Shown here piece after piece: positions 18,339 through 28,429 of a stretch of 64,000 nt of DNA. Position 1 is the stretch's first letter. Every line of letters starts with the position of its first letter. This DNA comes from a virus. The stretch is taken from positions 15,832 through 79,831 of the IMG/VR virus record IMGVR_UViG_3300032268_000293; one strand, written 5' to 3'. Made by a program: the position numbers and the translations under genes. A model generated the notes under the pieces. That model made no database searches and was not told the origin of the DNA. It saw only the letters and a program-made list of their open reading frames with translations.

Positions 18339-18949
18339 TTTACTTCCTCGTATATTTGCTTTTGAGTTCGATACCATTCTTGCCATCCCTTCAACTTGCT
18401 TCTTACTTCGTAGCAGGTTGCGTAGTTGTCGACGACGACTTCAAGGACTTGACTGGCTTTAACATCGGAGGTTCCTCCATCAGTTCCTTGGGTGCTTCTG
18501 GAAACTTGATTTTGACTGGCACTGTCGTGGAGCACGACTGCAGAGTTAGGCAAGCTGCACTGATTATCGAGATCTTTAGCAACGACATCTTTAATGATTT
18601 GTTTGTTTTCATTAGCAGTTTCCCTTACTATTTCTATTTGTTTTACAACCTTTTCAACAATCTTTACATTCTGTTGCTTTGACTTTTCTTCAGCAACTTG
18701 AACTTTTCTCTCAAACTCTTTCGTTGCTTCTATCCAAGTTTTAGAAGCATAGTGATAGCCTTCTAAGAATAAACCAGCAACTAAAAATATTCCAGCAATT
18801 GCCTTAACAATATTTCCATATAATGATATGAATGGAAGTTTGGAACCAACTGTTCCAATTATAATACCGATAATACCAATACTAAAAATAGCATGAATTG
18901 CATAGGCAATCCACTCGGCAGGAATAAACGATAACATCCAAATACTCAT
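18335..18949 (-). CDS. i-spanin (Rz-like)
   Basis: N-terminal TMs, periplasmic coiled coil, C.LP...V.LHDSA and NY..C....KL.GWQ.W motifs. Confidence 0.75.
   Translation of the reverse strand: MSIWMLSFIPAEWIAYAIHAIFSIGIIGIIIGTVGSKLPFISLYGNIVKAIAGIFLVAGLFLEGYHYASKTWIEATKEFERKVQVAEEKSKQQNVKIVEKVVKQIEIVRETANENKQIIKDVVAKDLDNQCSLPNSAVVLHDSASQNQVSRSTQGTDGGTSDVKASQVLEVVVDNYATCYEVRSKLKGWQEWYRTQKQIYEEVK
18403..18588 (-). CDS. o-spanin (Rz1-like lipoprotein) embedded in Rz
   Basis: Different frame inside the i-spanin; lipobox LQSC followed by Pro-rich FPEAPKELMEEPPML. Confidence 0.75.
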   Translation of the reverse strand: MSLLKISIISAACLTLQSCSTTVPVKIKFPEAPKELMEEPPMLKPVKSLKSSSTTTQPATK

Positions 18950-18950
18950 G

Positions 18951-19448
18951 TTATACTTTCTTTATTCTCTTTAACATTCTTATCTGCTTCACTTTCTTTC
19001 TTACGATAGGTTCGTCAGTGGAAACGGCAGAACCAGTGGCATTTGTTGGCACTTCTTCTGATAAGAACTTCTCTACTAGTAGAAACTCTTCACAGAGAAT
19101 TATATCTTCTCTTCTAATTTTTGTCAAAAGATTATCGTAATCTTCTTCCAAATTTACCATTGATCTTTTATTCTCAACACATTCTCTCACAAGAAAATAT
19201 GCAGTGGCTAATGTCCCAAGTTTTGATCCAAGACCTGGAACTTTTTCCATAATTCGTTTAATTCTAAAGACCATTCTATGTAACATAGAATACTGATCTT
19301 TCTCAGTCCATGTCATATCTTTCAGTTTCTTTAAAGGATTTCCCTTTTGATCGATGATGCCGAGTTGATATGCTTTTGTCTCTTCGAATGGAGTAACAAG
19401 CATACTTAGAATTCTAAACGCAATTAAATTATCAACTAACTGTGACAT
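18951..19448 (-). CDS. conserved hypothetical late protein
   Basis: TPFEETKAYQLGIID..G motif; EEVPTNATG tail. Confidence 0.7.
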   Translation of the reverse strand: MSQLVDNLIAFRILSMLVTPFEETKAYQLGIIDQKGNPLKKLKDMTWTEKDQYSMLHRMVFRIKRIMEKVPGLGSKLGTLATAYFLVRECVENKRSMVNLEEDYDNLLTKIRREDIILCEEFLLVEKFLSEEVPTNATGSAVSTDEPIVRKKVKQIRMLKRIKKV

Positions 19449-19819
19449 TAAATTTTCCTTAACTCTGAAATGATATTTTCATCAAGTTTTATATCAGAGG
19501 AAATGATGTTTGTTCCTGGTATAACTTCTGGCATTTTATTTAAAAAAACTAAAAATGTTACTAGTAAATTCCAATCGTTTTTCTCTATTTTATAGAACAG
19601 CATTTTTATTGCTGATTCTCCAAATATGTTAAAAAGAACGATAAGGTGATTAAGAATTAATCTTTCTTTTAACTCATCGTTCTTTTTATATCGTGTAAAT
19701 AATTTTTTAATGTATAGAAATTTCTTCAGATCTTCCTCAAACTCTGTAACAGTAGAGCATTGAGGATTATCGTAATTATGCATTGCATATTGAAGAAATT
19801 CAGCATCACTTTTAAACAT
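19448..19819 (-). CDS. conserved T4-like hypothetical protein
   Basis: YAMHNYDNPQC...EDLK...RLILNH motif. Confidence 0.75.
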   Translation of the reverse strand: MFKSDAEFLQYAMHNYDNPQCSTVTEFEEDLKKFLYIKKLFTRYKKNDELKERLILNHLIVLFNIFGESAIKMLFYKIEKNDWNLLVTFLVFLNKMPEVIPGTNIISSDIKLDENIISELRKI

Positions 19820-19838
19820 AATGTATTAAAAAAATCAA

Positions 19839-20777
19839 TTACGCATTTGTAAATGTAATACCTTGAGTTGGTGCTGATGTAGAACCAGAGGAACTTGTCG
19901 CTGCTCCAGCAGAAGCAACAGGAATCCACTTACCGTTACCGTCAGCATATGCCCAAGCCCACTGAGTCATATACAATCCAGCTACTGCAGCTGTTCTTGC
20001 TTTATAGTATAATGATCCTCTTTCGCCTGAGTTAGCTGGCTCAATTGACATTGTGTTAGCTGAAGTTACGTTCATAATAAACGTAAATACTTTACCAGAA
20101 TCACCTGCTGTCATTGATGGAAGTGTTACGTTCCATGCGCCACCAGACATGTTAAGTTGGATAAGAGAGTTAACAGCCAACTGAGATGTGTTCAATGAAG
20201 TGTTAGCAGAAATAGTAATAATTTGTGTATTATTTGTAATACCACCTGTTGTTCCTACGAATCCTAGAGAAACAAACTTAGGATAGTGGAAATTGTGGAA
20301 TACGTTACCAGAAACGTCAACAGAAGCTACTGGAGTGCCACCAACACGTAGACTTAATAATCTACTTGATGCATTCGACAATGTATTTGTAATATTTAAA
20401 TCGAGTGCTGTGTGAATAACAGAAGAACTGTTCCATGTCTCAACCAACGCTAGTGATGTTCCACCAACTGTTGCTAAATCACCAATCTGGAATGTAAACT
20501 TAGTTGCGCCAACATTACTTAATGTTAATGATGGTAAGTTAGATCCACTTCCAGATATACGGAAAGCTCCATTAGTAGCATTACCACCAGACGCTTTAAC
20601 AATAAAAGAGTTTGTTGTTAAAGTGAGAGTTGGGTTTACAGAATTACTGCATGTTAAACCACCAAGCAGAGAATCTAATGTGAGTTTTCTATTGTCACCA
20701 GATTGGACAATTAAAAACAACTCTGCGCCAGTCAAAGCTGACGCTGAGTTTAATTCAGATATCTTTTTAGATGCCAT
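19839..20777 (-). CDS. putative virion structural/fibre protein
   Basis: KKISEL...IVQSG..RK N-terminal fibre motif; S/T/G rich. Confidence 0.6.
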   Translation of the reverse strand: MASKKISELNSASALTGAELFLIVQSGDNRKLTLDSLLGGLTCSNSVNPTLTLTTNSFIVKASGGNATNGAFRISGSGSNLPSLTLSNVGATKFTFQIGDLATVGGTSLALVETWNSSSVIHTALDLNITNTLSNASSRLLSLRVGGTPVASVDVSGNVFHNFHYPKFVSLGFVGTTGGITNNTQIITISANTSLNTSQLAVNSLIQLNMSGGAWNVTLPSMTAGDSGKVFTFIMNVTSANTMSIEPANSGERGSLYYKARTAAVAGLYMTQWAWAYADGNGKWIPVASAGAATSSSGSTSAPTQGITFTNA

Positions 20778-20812
20778 TTTTTATTCCTTATAAGGTTATC
20801 TCAATGTATTTA

Positions 20813-22063
20813 TTAACTATCTGGGAACTCGATATCATCAGCAGCATCGCCAGTGATTAGAGAACGACCAGCAACTAATGTTTCATACTGAACACGACCA
20901 GCACGACCACCAGTTCCCTCAGTTCTTAGTACCCATCCTGGAGACATAACTGCTGCTGGCTCACCAGAACCAAGATCAGCAACGGCAGTAGCTTGATCAG
21001 CTGCAGCTTGGATTTCAAAGTACTGAGCATTGTTACCAGTACCAGAAATGTCAATAATAGTTTCTGTTGTATATGTAAGACCAGTCAATGTACCAGCAGT
21101 TGTAACAATCGCAGAACCAGCGTTAGTTTGTAAAGTAAAACCAGTTACGTTTGGTGATGTGCCAGTTACTGCAGATACTTTATATGTTGTTCCACTTGTA
21201 TATCCAGTAATAGTTCCTGTTCCACCTAATGTCCCAGTAATAGTAACACGATCGCCAGCAGCTAATGAAGAATTACCGCAAGTAAATTGACCACCAGTTC
21301 CTGAAGTAGCAACAGTTGCTGCAATAGTACCAGTTGTATTTGCAGCTTTTACGCTAAACACACCAGTTGCGAAATTAGCAGTAGCAACATAATATGATGT
21401 ATTGTTTGTTAGTCCAGTTGCGGCAGTACCACCACCATGGAAATATTTAACTTCTTCTCCAGCAACTAAACCATGAGTTGCATATGTAACAGTATCAGCA
21501 GCAGTTGTTATTCCAGATGTTGGAATGATGCGAGCAGGTTTAGCGATAGCAACTGTTGGCACTGATGTGTAAGAAGAACCTACGTTTGTCACAGCGATTG
21601 CTGTTACTGCGCCACCAGAAATAGTTGCTGTTGCTGCAGCTGATGAACCACCACCACCAGAGAATGTTACTGCTGGTGCAGTTCCGAGATATCTTGTACC
21701 AGCAAAAGAAATGTTAACATCAACAACATTGTCGCCACCAGCTTGCGCTTCTGTAGCATCAACACCGTATGTATTTCTCTTGTCTGCCAGAGACAAATTC
21801 TTAGGTGATTGCTGAACACGAACTGGCTCGGAAGCGATCGTTAGCGTTGCATTCGATCCTTCAAAATTACTTGTTAGTGTTAGAGCAGTATTGCTTGTGA
21901 TAGATAATACTTTATATTTTACTGTTCCGATAATTAATGTATCGCCAGCGTCGATGTCGGTAAGGAACGTTGTTCCTGAACCTGTTACTGCTGCTGATCC
22001 GTTGGTTACATCAATCGATGTTCCTGTTGGCGTCGCAGCGTCTTGTTTTCCCCAAAGTGCCAT
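20813..22063 (-). CDS. putative virion structural protein
   Basis: MALWG N-terminus and GWV...GRAGRVQYETLVA C-terminus; T/G/A-rich beta repeats. Confidence 0.7.
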   Translation of the reverse strand: MALWGKQDAATPTGTSIDVTNGSAAVTGSGTTFLTDIDAGDTLIIGTVKYKVLSITSNTALTLTSNFEGSNATLTIASEPVRVQQSPKNLSLADKRNTYGVDATEAQAGGDNVVDVNISFAGTRYLGTAPAVTFSGGGGSSAAATATISGGAVTAIAVTNVGSSYTSVPTVAIAKPARIIPTSGITTAADTVTYATHGLVAGEEVKYFHGGGTAATGLTNNTSYYVATANFATGVFSVKAANTTGTIAATVATSGTGGQFTCGNSSLAAGDRVTITGTLGGTGTITGYTSGTTYKVSAVTGTSPNVTGFTLQTNAGSAIVTTAGTLTGLTYTTETIIDISGTGNNAQYFEIQAAADQATAVADLGSGEPAAVMSPGWVLRTEGTGGRAGRVQYETLVAGRSLITGDAADDIEFPDS

Positions 22064-22080
22064 TTTAGTTTTCTCCTTGT

Positions 22081-24165
22081 TTATCTAGAATTAGGAAGAT
22101 GTAATGGATAACCTGTCATCTCTACACCACTTCCTTTTTTCTTTGGTGTTGACCCCTTTTGTCTTGCGCCAGATGCAGAACCTTTCGGTCTACCACGCCC
22201 ACGTTTTTCTGTTGATGATTCTTTTTCATCATCAGCATCATATCCCTTTTCATCCTTATCCTTTTCACCCTTATAGTATTCTGTACCATATTTACCAGTT
22301 ACTTTACGAGAAGGAAGATCTGACATTTTAATTTCATCAAGATTAAATCCTTTAAATGAAACCAACTCTACTTCTTCTTTCTTGGTTCCAAGATCTGCTG
22401 ATAATTTTGCAGCGATTGCCATCTGGCGACGCTTTTCCATAGATTTGCCAGCAAATTGTGGAGCATCTGATTTCTTAAAGTCTTTAATAACATCGCCCAT
22501 AGATGCTTTTGTCATATTCATTTTTTCGGCGATCTCGATGAACTGCTCGATTAACGCCAATTCTTCTTGGGTAAATTCCATCTCTATTTCCTCGTTAGTA
22601 GGTTTTGGTAAGTGTGGGGTTACTTTGAACTTATGTAGTTTACCATCACCCAACTCTTTATGAGCCTGGATATGTACATTCTTACCATCGTTCTTAGTTA
22701 CTTTTCCTTGCATCTTGTCACCAGTCTTACTGGCGTAGAAGTCGACATGCTGATCAGATACTTTATGAATATCCATCTTAGCGTGGTCAGGATGCATAAC
22801 ACCTTGTGATGCGTATTCGCGACCATTAATACGAGCTTCTTCTATCTGAACTTCTTCAGACCACTCTCTGCGTTTTCTCATAAACTCAGAACGACCTCTT
22901 CCAACAGTACCACCGATTCTATCTGTTTTCTTTGCTGCAGTTTGAGCATTGTTGAAATGGCGGTCTTCTCCATCCATGTCGCCTTTAGCATTTGCTTTTG
23001 CTGCTTTTTTCATGTGACCCATAACTACATCACCATGAACTTTTCTGACTACCTTTTCAGTTGACTTAGTGTCATTACCATTGACATGTGCATTTGCAAA
23101 TTTGTTGTAGAGAGTTCGAACTGTTAAATCGCCTTCTTCTAGTTCAACTTCTTCTTTCATTTTCTTTTTCGCTAATGCCTGTTTAGCAAGTTCACGTGCA
23201 CGGCTCATTGGCGATTGCGTTGTTCCATCTGAATTTTTAACAGGTTTAGATTTTGTATATGGACCATCAAATGGTACATTATCTTTACGACTTAATGTTG
23301 CTCGTGAATTTGGTGAGAAGTTTGTTGAAGAACCGCCACCGATTTCATCACCTTTACGACGATAAGCAGATGCTGGCTTTTCGTAGTATCCTTCTTCTAC
23401 TTGTTCAGCTTCTTCTTTTTTCATTAGACCCTTAACAGCACCCTTTACCATGTTGATCTGCTTTTGACCAACTTTATGGAAGAAACCTTTTTTACTGTCT
23501 TCTTTGTCTGACTTCAATTTTGCAATTCTGTCATCAGATTGTTTATCGATAGATTTCTTTGCATGATCTGCAGCATCAGAACGCAATTTCTTAATCTGAT
23601 CGTCTGTTAATTCATTAATCTCTTCTTCTTTTACTGGAACGCAGTTAGGAACTTTCTTTCCGTTCTTCATTTTCATACCAACTGCAGTGTAACCTTTCCA
23701 GCAAGCATCCTTTAAATCTCCAGTTGCTTTTTCAACTTCATCGATTTGCTCAACTTCTTCTTTATACGCTAGTTTCGATGCTGCCTTCAAAACACCACTA
23801 AGACGCTTTGCTGACTTCTTAGATGCATCAGCAGACTTACCCATCTCGTGTTTTTGAACAGCTTGATTTGCTGACTTAGCAAACGCCAACTTAGGATCTT
23901 TAGCACGTTTCTCTGCATCTTTTGCTGAAGAAGCACGTCTCTCTGACTCACGTGCTTTATCTGTAGCATCGCCAGCAGCTTTATAAGCATAAGAAGCAAG
24001 AGTCTTTTTATCTAACTCATCTAATTCTTCAACTTCTTCTTTCATTTTCTTCGCACGCAGCTTGGCCAGATCTTCACCTTCGATCTTTCCGTCTTTATCT
24101 ACATCGATTTTTTGCTGTCCGCCTTTTAACGCTTCCAGGTATACTTGTCTAAATGGGTTGCTCAT
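22081..24165 (-). CDS. highly charged internal-head-like protein with AT-hook
   Basis: Repeated KEEVE/L-x-E junctions, CWKGY...VPNCVP module and KRGRGRPKG. Confidence 0.6.
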   Translation of the reverse strand: MSNPFRQVYLEALKGGQQKIDVDKDGKIEGEDLAKLRAKKMKEEVEELDELDKKTLASYAYKAAGDATDKARESERRASSAKDAEKRAKDPKLAFAKSANQAVQKHEMGKSADASKKSAKRLSGVLKAASKLAYKEEVEQIDEVEKATGDLKDACWKGYTAVGMKMKNGKKVPNCVPVKEEEINELTDDQIKKLRSDAADHAKKSIDKQSDDRIAKLKSDKEDSKKGFFHKVGQKQINMVKGAVKGLMKKEEAEQVEEGYYEKPASAYRRKGDEIGGGSSTNFSPNSRATLSRKDNVPFDGPYTKSKPVKNSDGTTQSPMSRARELAKQALAKKKMKEEVELEEGDLTVRTLYNKFANAHVNGNDTKSTEKVVRKVHGDVVMGHMKKAAKANAKGDMDGEDRHFNNAQTAAKKTDRIGGTVGRGRSEFMRKRREWSEEVQIEEARINGREYASQGVMHPDHAKMDIHKVSDQHVDFYASKTGDKMQGKVTKNDGKNVHIQAHKELGDGKLHKFKVTPHLPKPTNEEIEMEFTQEELALIEQFIEIAEKMNMTKASMGDVIKDFKKSDAPQFAGKSMEKRRQMAIAAKLSADLGTKKEEVELVSFKGFNLDEIKMSDLPSRKVTGKYGTEYYKGEKDKDEKGYDADDEKESSTEKRGRGRPKGSASGARQKGSTPKKKGSGVEMTGYPLHLPNSR

Positions 24166-24596
24166 TTAAGGTGACTCCTTATCATCCATCCGTGTTTTTC
24201 GTGAGTATCTATTCTGCCAGCGAGAAAATCAGCCAAACCTTGCTTGTTTTCTCTCGTAGCGATCTCCATTGATTTATTTAGGGATTCTAAAACTCCATCA
24301 TTCGCATTTTGAAGATCTTGGAGCATTTGTTCAACTGTAACCGACACATTTCCCTCATTTAATGTCTTATATTCGTATATTTCGGAAATAGTCCTTGGAG
24401 CATATTCCCTCATAGCACGAATTTCTTCTGCGATATGGTCAATAGAACCATAAACATCTTCATACAACTTACCAAAGAAATCGTGAAACTGGGAAAAGTT
24501 TATTCCTTCTACATTCCAATGGTGTGATTGCGCTTTAAAATACATAACAAATGTATTTCCAAGTAAAACTCTAAGCGACATTACTAATTCATTCAT
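24162..24596 (-). CDS. dps: Dps/ferritin-like DNA protection protein
   Basis: HHWNVEG..F..FHDFF..LY...IDHIAEEIR; HEKHGWM. Confidence 0.92.
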   Translation of the reverse strand: MNELVMSLRVLLGNTFVMYFKAQSHHWNVEGINFSQFHDFFGKLYEDVYGSIDHIAEEIRAMREYAPRTISEIYEYKTLNEGNVSVTVEQMLQDLQNANDGVLESLNKSMEIATRENKQGLADFLAGRIDTHEKHGWMIRSHLK

Positions 24597-24878
24597 TTAA
24601 CAATCCCATGCTTTTCTAGACCAATAATTTGCGCTAGTCTTATCATTAGTATTTCCCTGTCCAGCTGATCTTGCGCAGTAAGATTTTTTGCGAGCAGGAA
24701 TATGTTTTTTAATGGAAAGGTTTTTATCCCCAAAATTTACCTTTTGTGCTTTACCATCTCCGTCTGGGTCAACGTAAACCTTTGACTTTTTTACATCACC
24801 AGACATAGGTTTATTAAGTGTAACGTTCTTTCCCTGATATGTAGCTTCGTTTAACAAGTATTCTTTGAAGGGAATCAT
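24597..24878 (-). CDS. conserved T4-like protein (DUF6321-like) with capsid-targeting-like N-terminus
   Basis: MIPFKEYLLNE; KVNFGD...RKKSYCAR...YWSRKAW. Confidence 0.65.
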   Translation of the reverse strand: MIPFKEYLLNEATYQGKNVTLNKPMSGDVKKSKVYVDPDGDGKAQKVNFGDKNLSIKKHIPARKKSYCARSAGQGNTNDKTSANYWSRKAWDC

Positions 24879-27800
24879 TTCGTGAACCTCTTGTGTTGTA
24901 ATCTTGATTTTTCGATTTGACGAATTCTCGGAGCAACTCTACGTGCTAGTCTATCAACCAACGCTTTTCTAGTTTGCAAGAATCTCTCAACTCTTTCTTT
25001 TTCTGGTAATGTTGCTTTGTTTGGATCTTTACGGAGCATTCTGCGCTTGATCATTGATGTAGCCAAACGACGAGCACGCTTGTTTATTGTAGATTGATTT
25101 GATGTTTTTCTCAATGCGATTTGCGCACGAACCTCACGTTTTGATTTGGTTCTAGCAAAACGCTGTTTACGACGGATGCGTTCCATACGAGAGATCTCGA
25201 GAATGACAATCTTATCTTCTTTGAGTTTTGCTTCTTCTTCATCATCTTCGTAACCATCAGTATCTAATTCTTCACCAGTCTCGTCATCAACGATTGCTAT
25301 CTCATCGTCTTCATATGCGTCAATGATATGCTCTGGTTCTGACATTCCAGTAATTTCGTCTTCAAAATCATCGTCCTCGAAATCTTCTTCTTCACTTTCT
25401 TTCTCTTCTTCTTCAGTCATATGTCTTTTTTGCATTGCAGTAAAAGAAGACTTTTTATTAAGATCATCTAATTGAGAAATATTTTGAATACCAAGGAATC
25501 TCTTTATACTTTCGTAGGACATTTTTCCTGTGTCGCCTACCTTAAATTTATCATCCTCTTCGCAGCCACAATCTTCATCTAATTGAGATTCTTCTTTAAC
25601 TTGTTTCTTTTGCTCTGCTTCTTTTTTCTCACGTGCTTGACGTTCTTGTTTAGCAAGACGTGACATCTTCTTTAGGAAAGATGGTTTGTTGTAGTATGCA
25701 GTAGCCTCGCCAAGTTCTTCTCTTGACTGCAAATAATCTCTAACAGTAGTGATGTAATCTTGCGCTAGTGTAATTTTAGATTGAACCCACTCTGGCATAT
25801 TCTCATCATCTTCGATCATGTCGATCAAATCTTCGCAATTACGTAGAGTAGTTTGTAGTTGCGTGCGAGCCATTTGACCTTCATAGTCATACTCGCCTTT
25901 GTCGATTGTTTTTGCTGCTTCTTCTAGAATATCAAAGTCTTCTTTTAAACCAAACGCTGCGGCAACTTTCTTGTCGCCATGCTTAGTGCGCAGATAGTGA
26001 GAGATAGCGTGGTCTTTAGTTTTGAATTCAGAAGTATCTATAATCTTATGTTGAGTCTTGATTAATCCACGTAGAGACTTAATATCATGATTCTTCTTAA
26101 GAGAGTCGTACTCTGCCTTAATATCTTCATCGATCTCTTCAGCTTCTTCTTTAATGTTTGTTGGCTTGTCTTTATATACTGTACCAAGATGCTTTGCGCC
26201 AGACTTATGTAACGAATTACGTCCATTGGCATTCATGGTGTGGTTGACATCATAACCACCAGATTTATGCTTATACACTTCAATACCATCTAAGTTATCG
26301 CGATGTGTTTTAACTTTGTCAGTAGCATAAGAAACTGCTTGATCTAGTTTTTTGAATGGAGCATTTTCGCTTAGTTCAGTTTCTTCTCGCATCTGCTTGT
26401 ATTTATCGAGGAGATCTTTGTTCTTAGCATAATCTTTTGTTGGCATAGCATAACGAGCAGTCTTAGCATTATCTAAATGATACAGTGATTTTTTTGAGTC
26501 ACCTTTCATATGCGCAGCAACTGCCTTATCCATATGGTACTTAAAAGTGCCTTCTTCTAAGTCATCTTCTTTTGAAGCATTCTTAAAACGCAATTTATGT
26601 GCACGAATCTTTCTACCATGTTTGTCTAACTTAGTGTCAGAAGTCGAAACCTCATCATATCCCTCAGTTACTTTTTGTGGTAGTAATTTCTCGTCGTAGT
26701 TAATACCAGCTTCTCTTGCTGTTTGAAGCATGTTTTTTACAACTGAAAGATATTCAGCACGCATTGGTTTGTTTCTAATTTTTCTTAATGCATTATTAAC
26801 AAGCTGGTCAGCAGAAGAAGACTTCTCGACATCTGTAACACCAAGAGCATCAGCAATAATTCTTGCCACTTTTATTTTATCTGATGAACTAAACTTCATC
26901 TCTATTAGTTCTTTAAAAGTTTTCATAGATTCTTCCATGCCCTCTTCTTTTTCCATGTGATATTGTGCTCGAACTTGGTCAATATCGTGTATTGCGTGAT
27001 TGATATAATCTGCGTGGTGATGTAGAACACCGAGTTTAGCAAGATATTCTTGTGCTTTCTGAGCAGAAATGTTAAATTGCTCAAATTCTTCGTCTGTCAT
27101 CTCATCATTGCCAACTGCTTTATTTAAAATACCGTAATAATCATCAGTTGCTTTCAATGCATTTAAAATAGCAACTGGGTCTAAATCTTCTTGTTTAGTT
27201 AAATGATGAAAAGCATCCAACACTTGTGGATGCTGTAAATTTTTTGGTGTGTAGTTTTTATAAGAGAACTTTGTTGGCTCATCTGCTACTGTGTAATCCT
27301 CAACCAACGTCACATCGTGCAACCACTTACGATGTGTATTACCATCAGAATCAACGACAGTAAGATAATTACTACCTCTATTAAGTATTTCATATTTGTG
27401 ATCATTAGACTCAACGATCTGACCAACTTTAAACACTTCACCTCTATAATAGGACTCTCTCAACCAATCTGTTACTGTAACTTGTTCTTTTACTGCGTCA
27501 AGACCCATTGCTTGTCTCAACTCATTCATCAGTCTGCGACCATCAGCTGTGGTCAATGTGGTTGGAAGACCTTTCTTAAATGTATCAAAATCGCCTTTTT
27601 TAGCAGCATCACGCATTTTGGTACCAGACATTCCAGATGCGTCATCGCTATCTGGATCACGCTCTCCAGCCGAAACTACTTGTATGGTGTTGAAATTGAA
27701 CTCTTTACCGTTGTACTGATTCAACAGTTTTGTATATTCCATAACACGATCGCTTCCTGCGACCATGATAATGTCTTTGTATTTTTTGTTGAGTTCTTTG

Positions 27801-28084
27801 GCGACTTCGATAAATGTTCTTGTGGTTGGACCAGCAGCCATAAAATTGGCTGTTGGGAACATTCTTTTTAGGAAATAGACTTTGCGGTCTACTGGGAGAG
27901 GGTTTTTGGTTTTGTCCTGAGTTCTGGACGCATAGATTACATGAGAAGCATTATGTGTAGATGCAAGACGCTCTACAGCACGAACCAACAGTTCGTGACC
28001 TGTCGTTGGTGGCTGGAAGCGACCAAACGCAAAAACTACTTTTTTGGAAGGGAGTTCCTTCAGAAATTGGGTATATGCTTTCAT
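24875..28084 (-). CDS. HIGH-superfamily (cytidyltransferase-like) nucleotidyltransferase fused to internal-protein-like modules
   Basis: FGRFQPPTTGH, VAGSDR, SAGERDPD and MSGTKMR motifs in about the first 200 aa; long charged remainder; basic C-terminus. Confidence 0.85.
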   Translation of the reverse strand: MKAYTQFLKELPSKKVVFAFGRFQPPTTGHELLVRAVERLASTHNASHVIYASRTQDKTKNPLPVDRKVYFLKRMFPTANFMAAGPTTRTFIEVAKELNKKYKDIIMVAGSDRVMEYTKLLNQYNGKEFNFNTIQVVSAGERDPDSDDASGMSGTKMRDAAKKGDFDTFKKGLPTTLTTADGRRLMNELRQAMGLDAVKEQVTVTDWLRESYYRGEVFKVGQIVESNDHKYEILNRGSNYLTVVDSDGNTHRKWLHDVTLVEDYTVADEPTKFSYKNYTPKNLQHPQVLDAFHHLTKQEDLDPVAILNALKATDDYYGILNKAVGNDEMTDEEFEQFNISAQKAQEYLAKLGVLHHHADYINHAIHDIDQVRAQYHMEKEEGMEESMKTFKELIEMKFSSSDKIKVARIIADALGVTDVEKSSSADQLVNNALRKIRNKPMRAEYLSVVKNMLQTAREAGINYDEKLLPQKVTEGYDEVSTSDTKLDKHGRKIRAHKLRFKNASKEDDLEEGTFKYHMDKAVAAHMKGDSKKSLYHLDNAKTARYAMPTKDYAKNKDLLDKYKQMREETELSENAPFKKLDQAVSYATDKVKTHRDNLDGIEVYKHKSGGYDVNHTMNANGRNSLHKSGAKHLGTVYKDKPTNIKEEAEEIDEDIKAEYDSLKKNHDIKSLRGLIKTQHKIIDTSEFKTKDHAISHYLRTKHGDKKVAAAFGLKEDFDILEEAAKTIDKGEYDYEGQMARTQLQTTLRNCEDLIDMIEDDENMPEWVQSKITLAQDYITTVRDYLQSREELGEATAYYNKPSFLKKMSRLAKQERQAREKKEAEQKKQVKEESQLDEDCGCEEDDKFKVGDTGKMSYESIKRFLGIQNISQLDDLNKKSSFTAMQKRHMTEEEEKESEEEDFEDDDFEDEITGMSEPEHIIDAYEDDEIAIVDDETGEELDTDGYEDDEEEAKLKEDKIVILEISRMERIRRKQRFARTKSKREVRAQIALRKTSNQSTINKRARRLATSMIKRRMLRKDPNKATLPEKERVERFLQTRKALVDRLARRVAPRIRQIEKSRLQHKRFTK

Positions 28085-28113
28085 TTAATCCATCTATATG
28101 AGTAATAATCAAT

Positions 28114-28120
28114 TATTTAG
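28114..28120 (-). promoter_or_regulatory. possible T4-type late promoter variant
   Basis: CTAAATA about 30 nt upstream of the nucleotidyltransferase start. Confidence 0.45.
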
Positions 28121-28192
28121 TCATCTTTTATTCTCATAGTACCTTTACAGGCGATACCGTTAATACTACAGATGCTGTACCTTTTAAATCGC

Positions 28193-28429
28193 TCATACTA
28201 TTGCTAGCAATCCTTGTGCTGCTGCTACAATCCAACGGCAAGCAACTTCGTCGTTAGCCAATTCTTGTTGCGCTCTGATCTCGGCGACTTCTTTAACAAG
28301 AAAATCATATTCTTCTTTAGTTAATTGACCACTTGTATATTGCTCGTAAAATGAGATCAAATCATTAGCAAGAACTCCTGCTGCTCCACCCATTCCTGCT
28401 TGTTGCTGTAGTTGTTCTAATAGATTCAT
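28193..28429 (-). CDS. hypothetical protein
   Basis: Coupled to the upstream lipoprotein by an ATGA overlap. Confidence 0.65.
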   Translation of the reverse strand: MNLLEQLQQQAGMGGAAGVLANDLISFYEQYTSGQLTKEEYDFLVKEVAEIRAQQELANDEVACRWIVAAAQGLLAIV

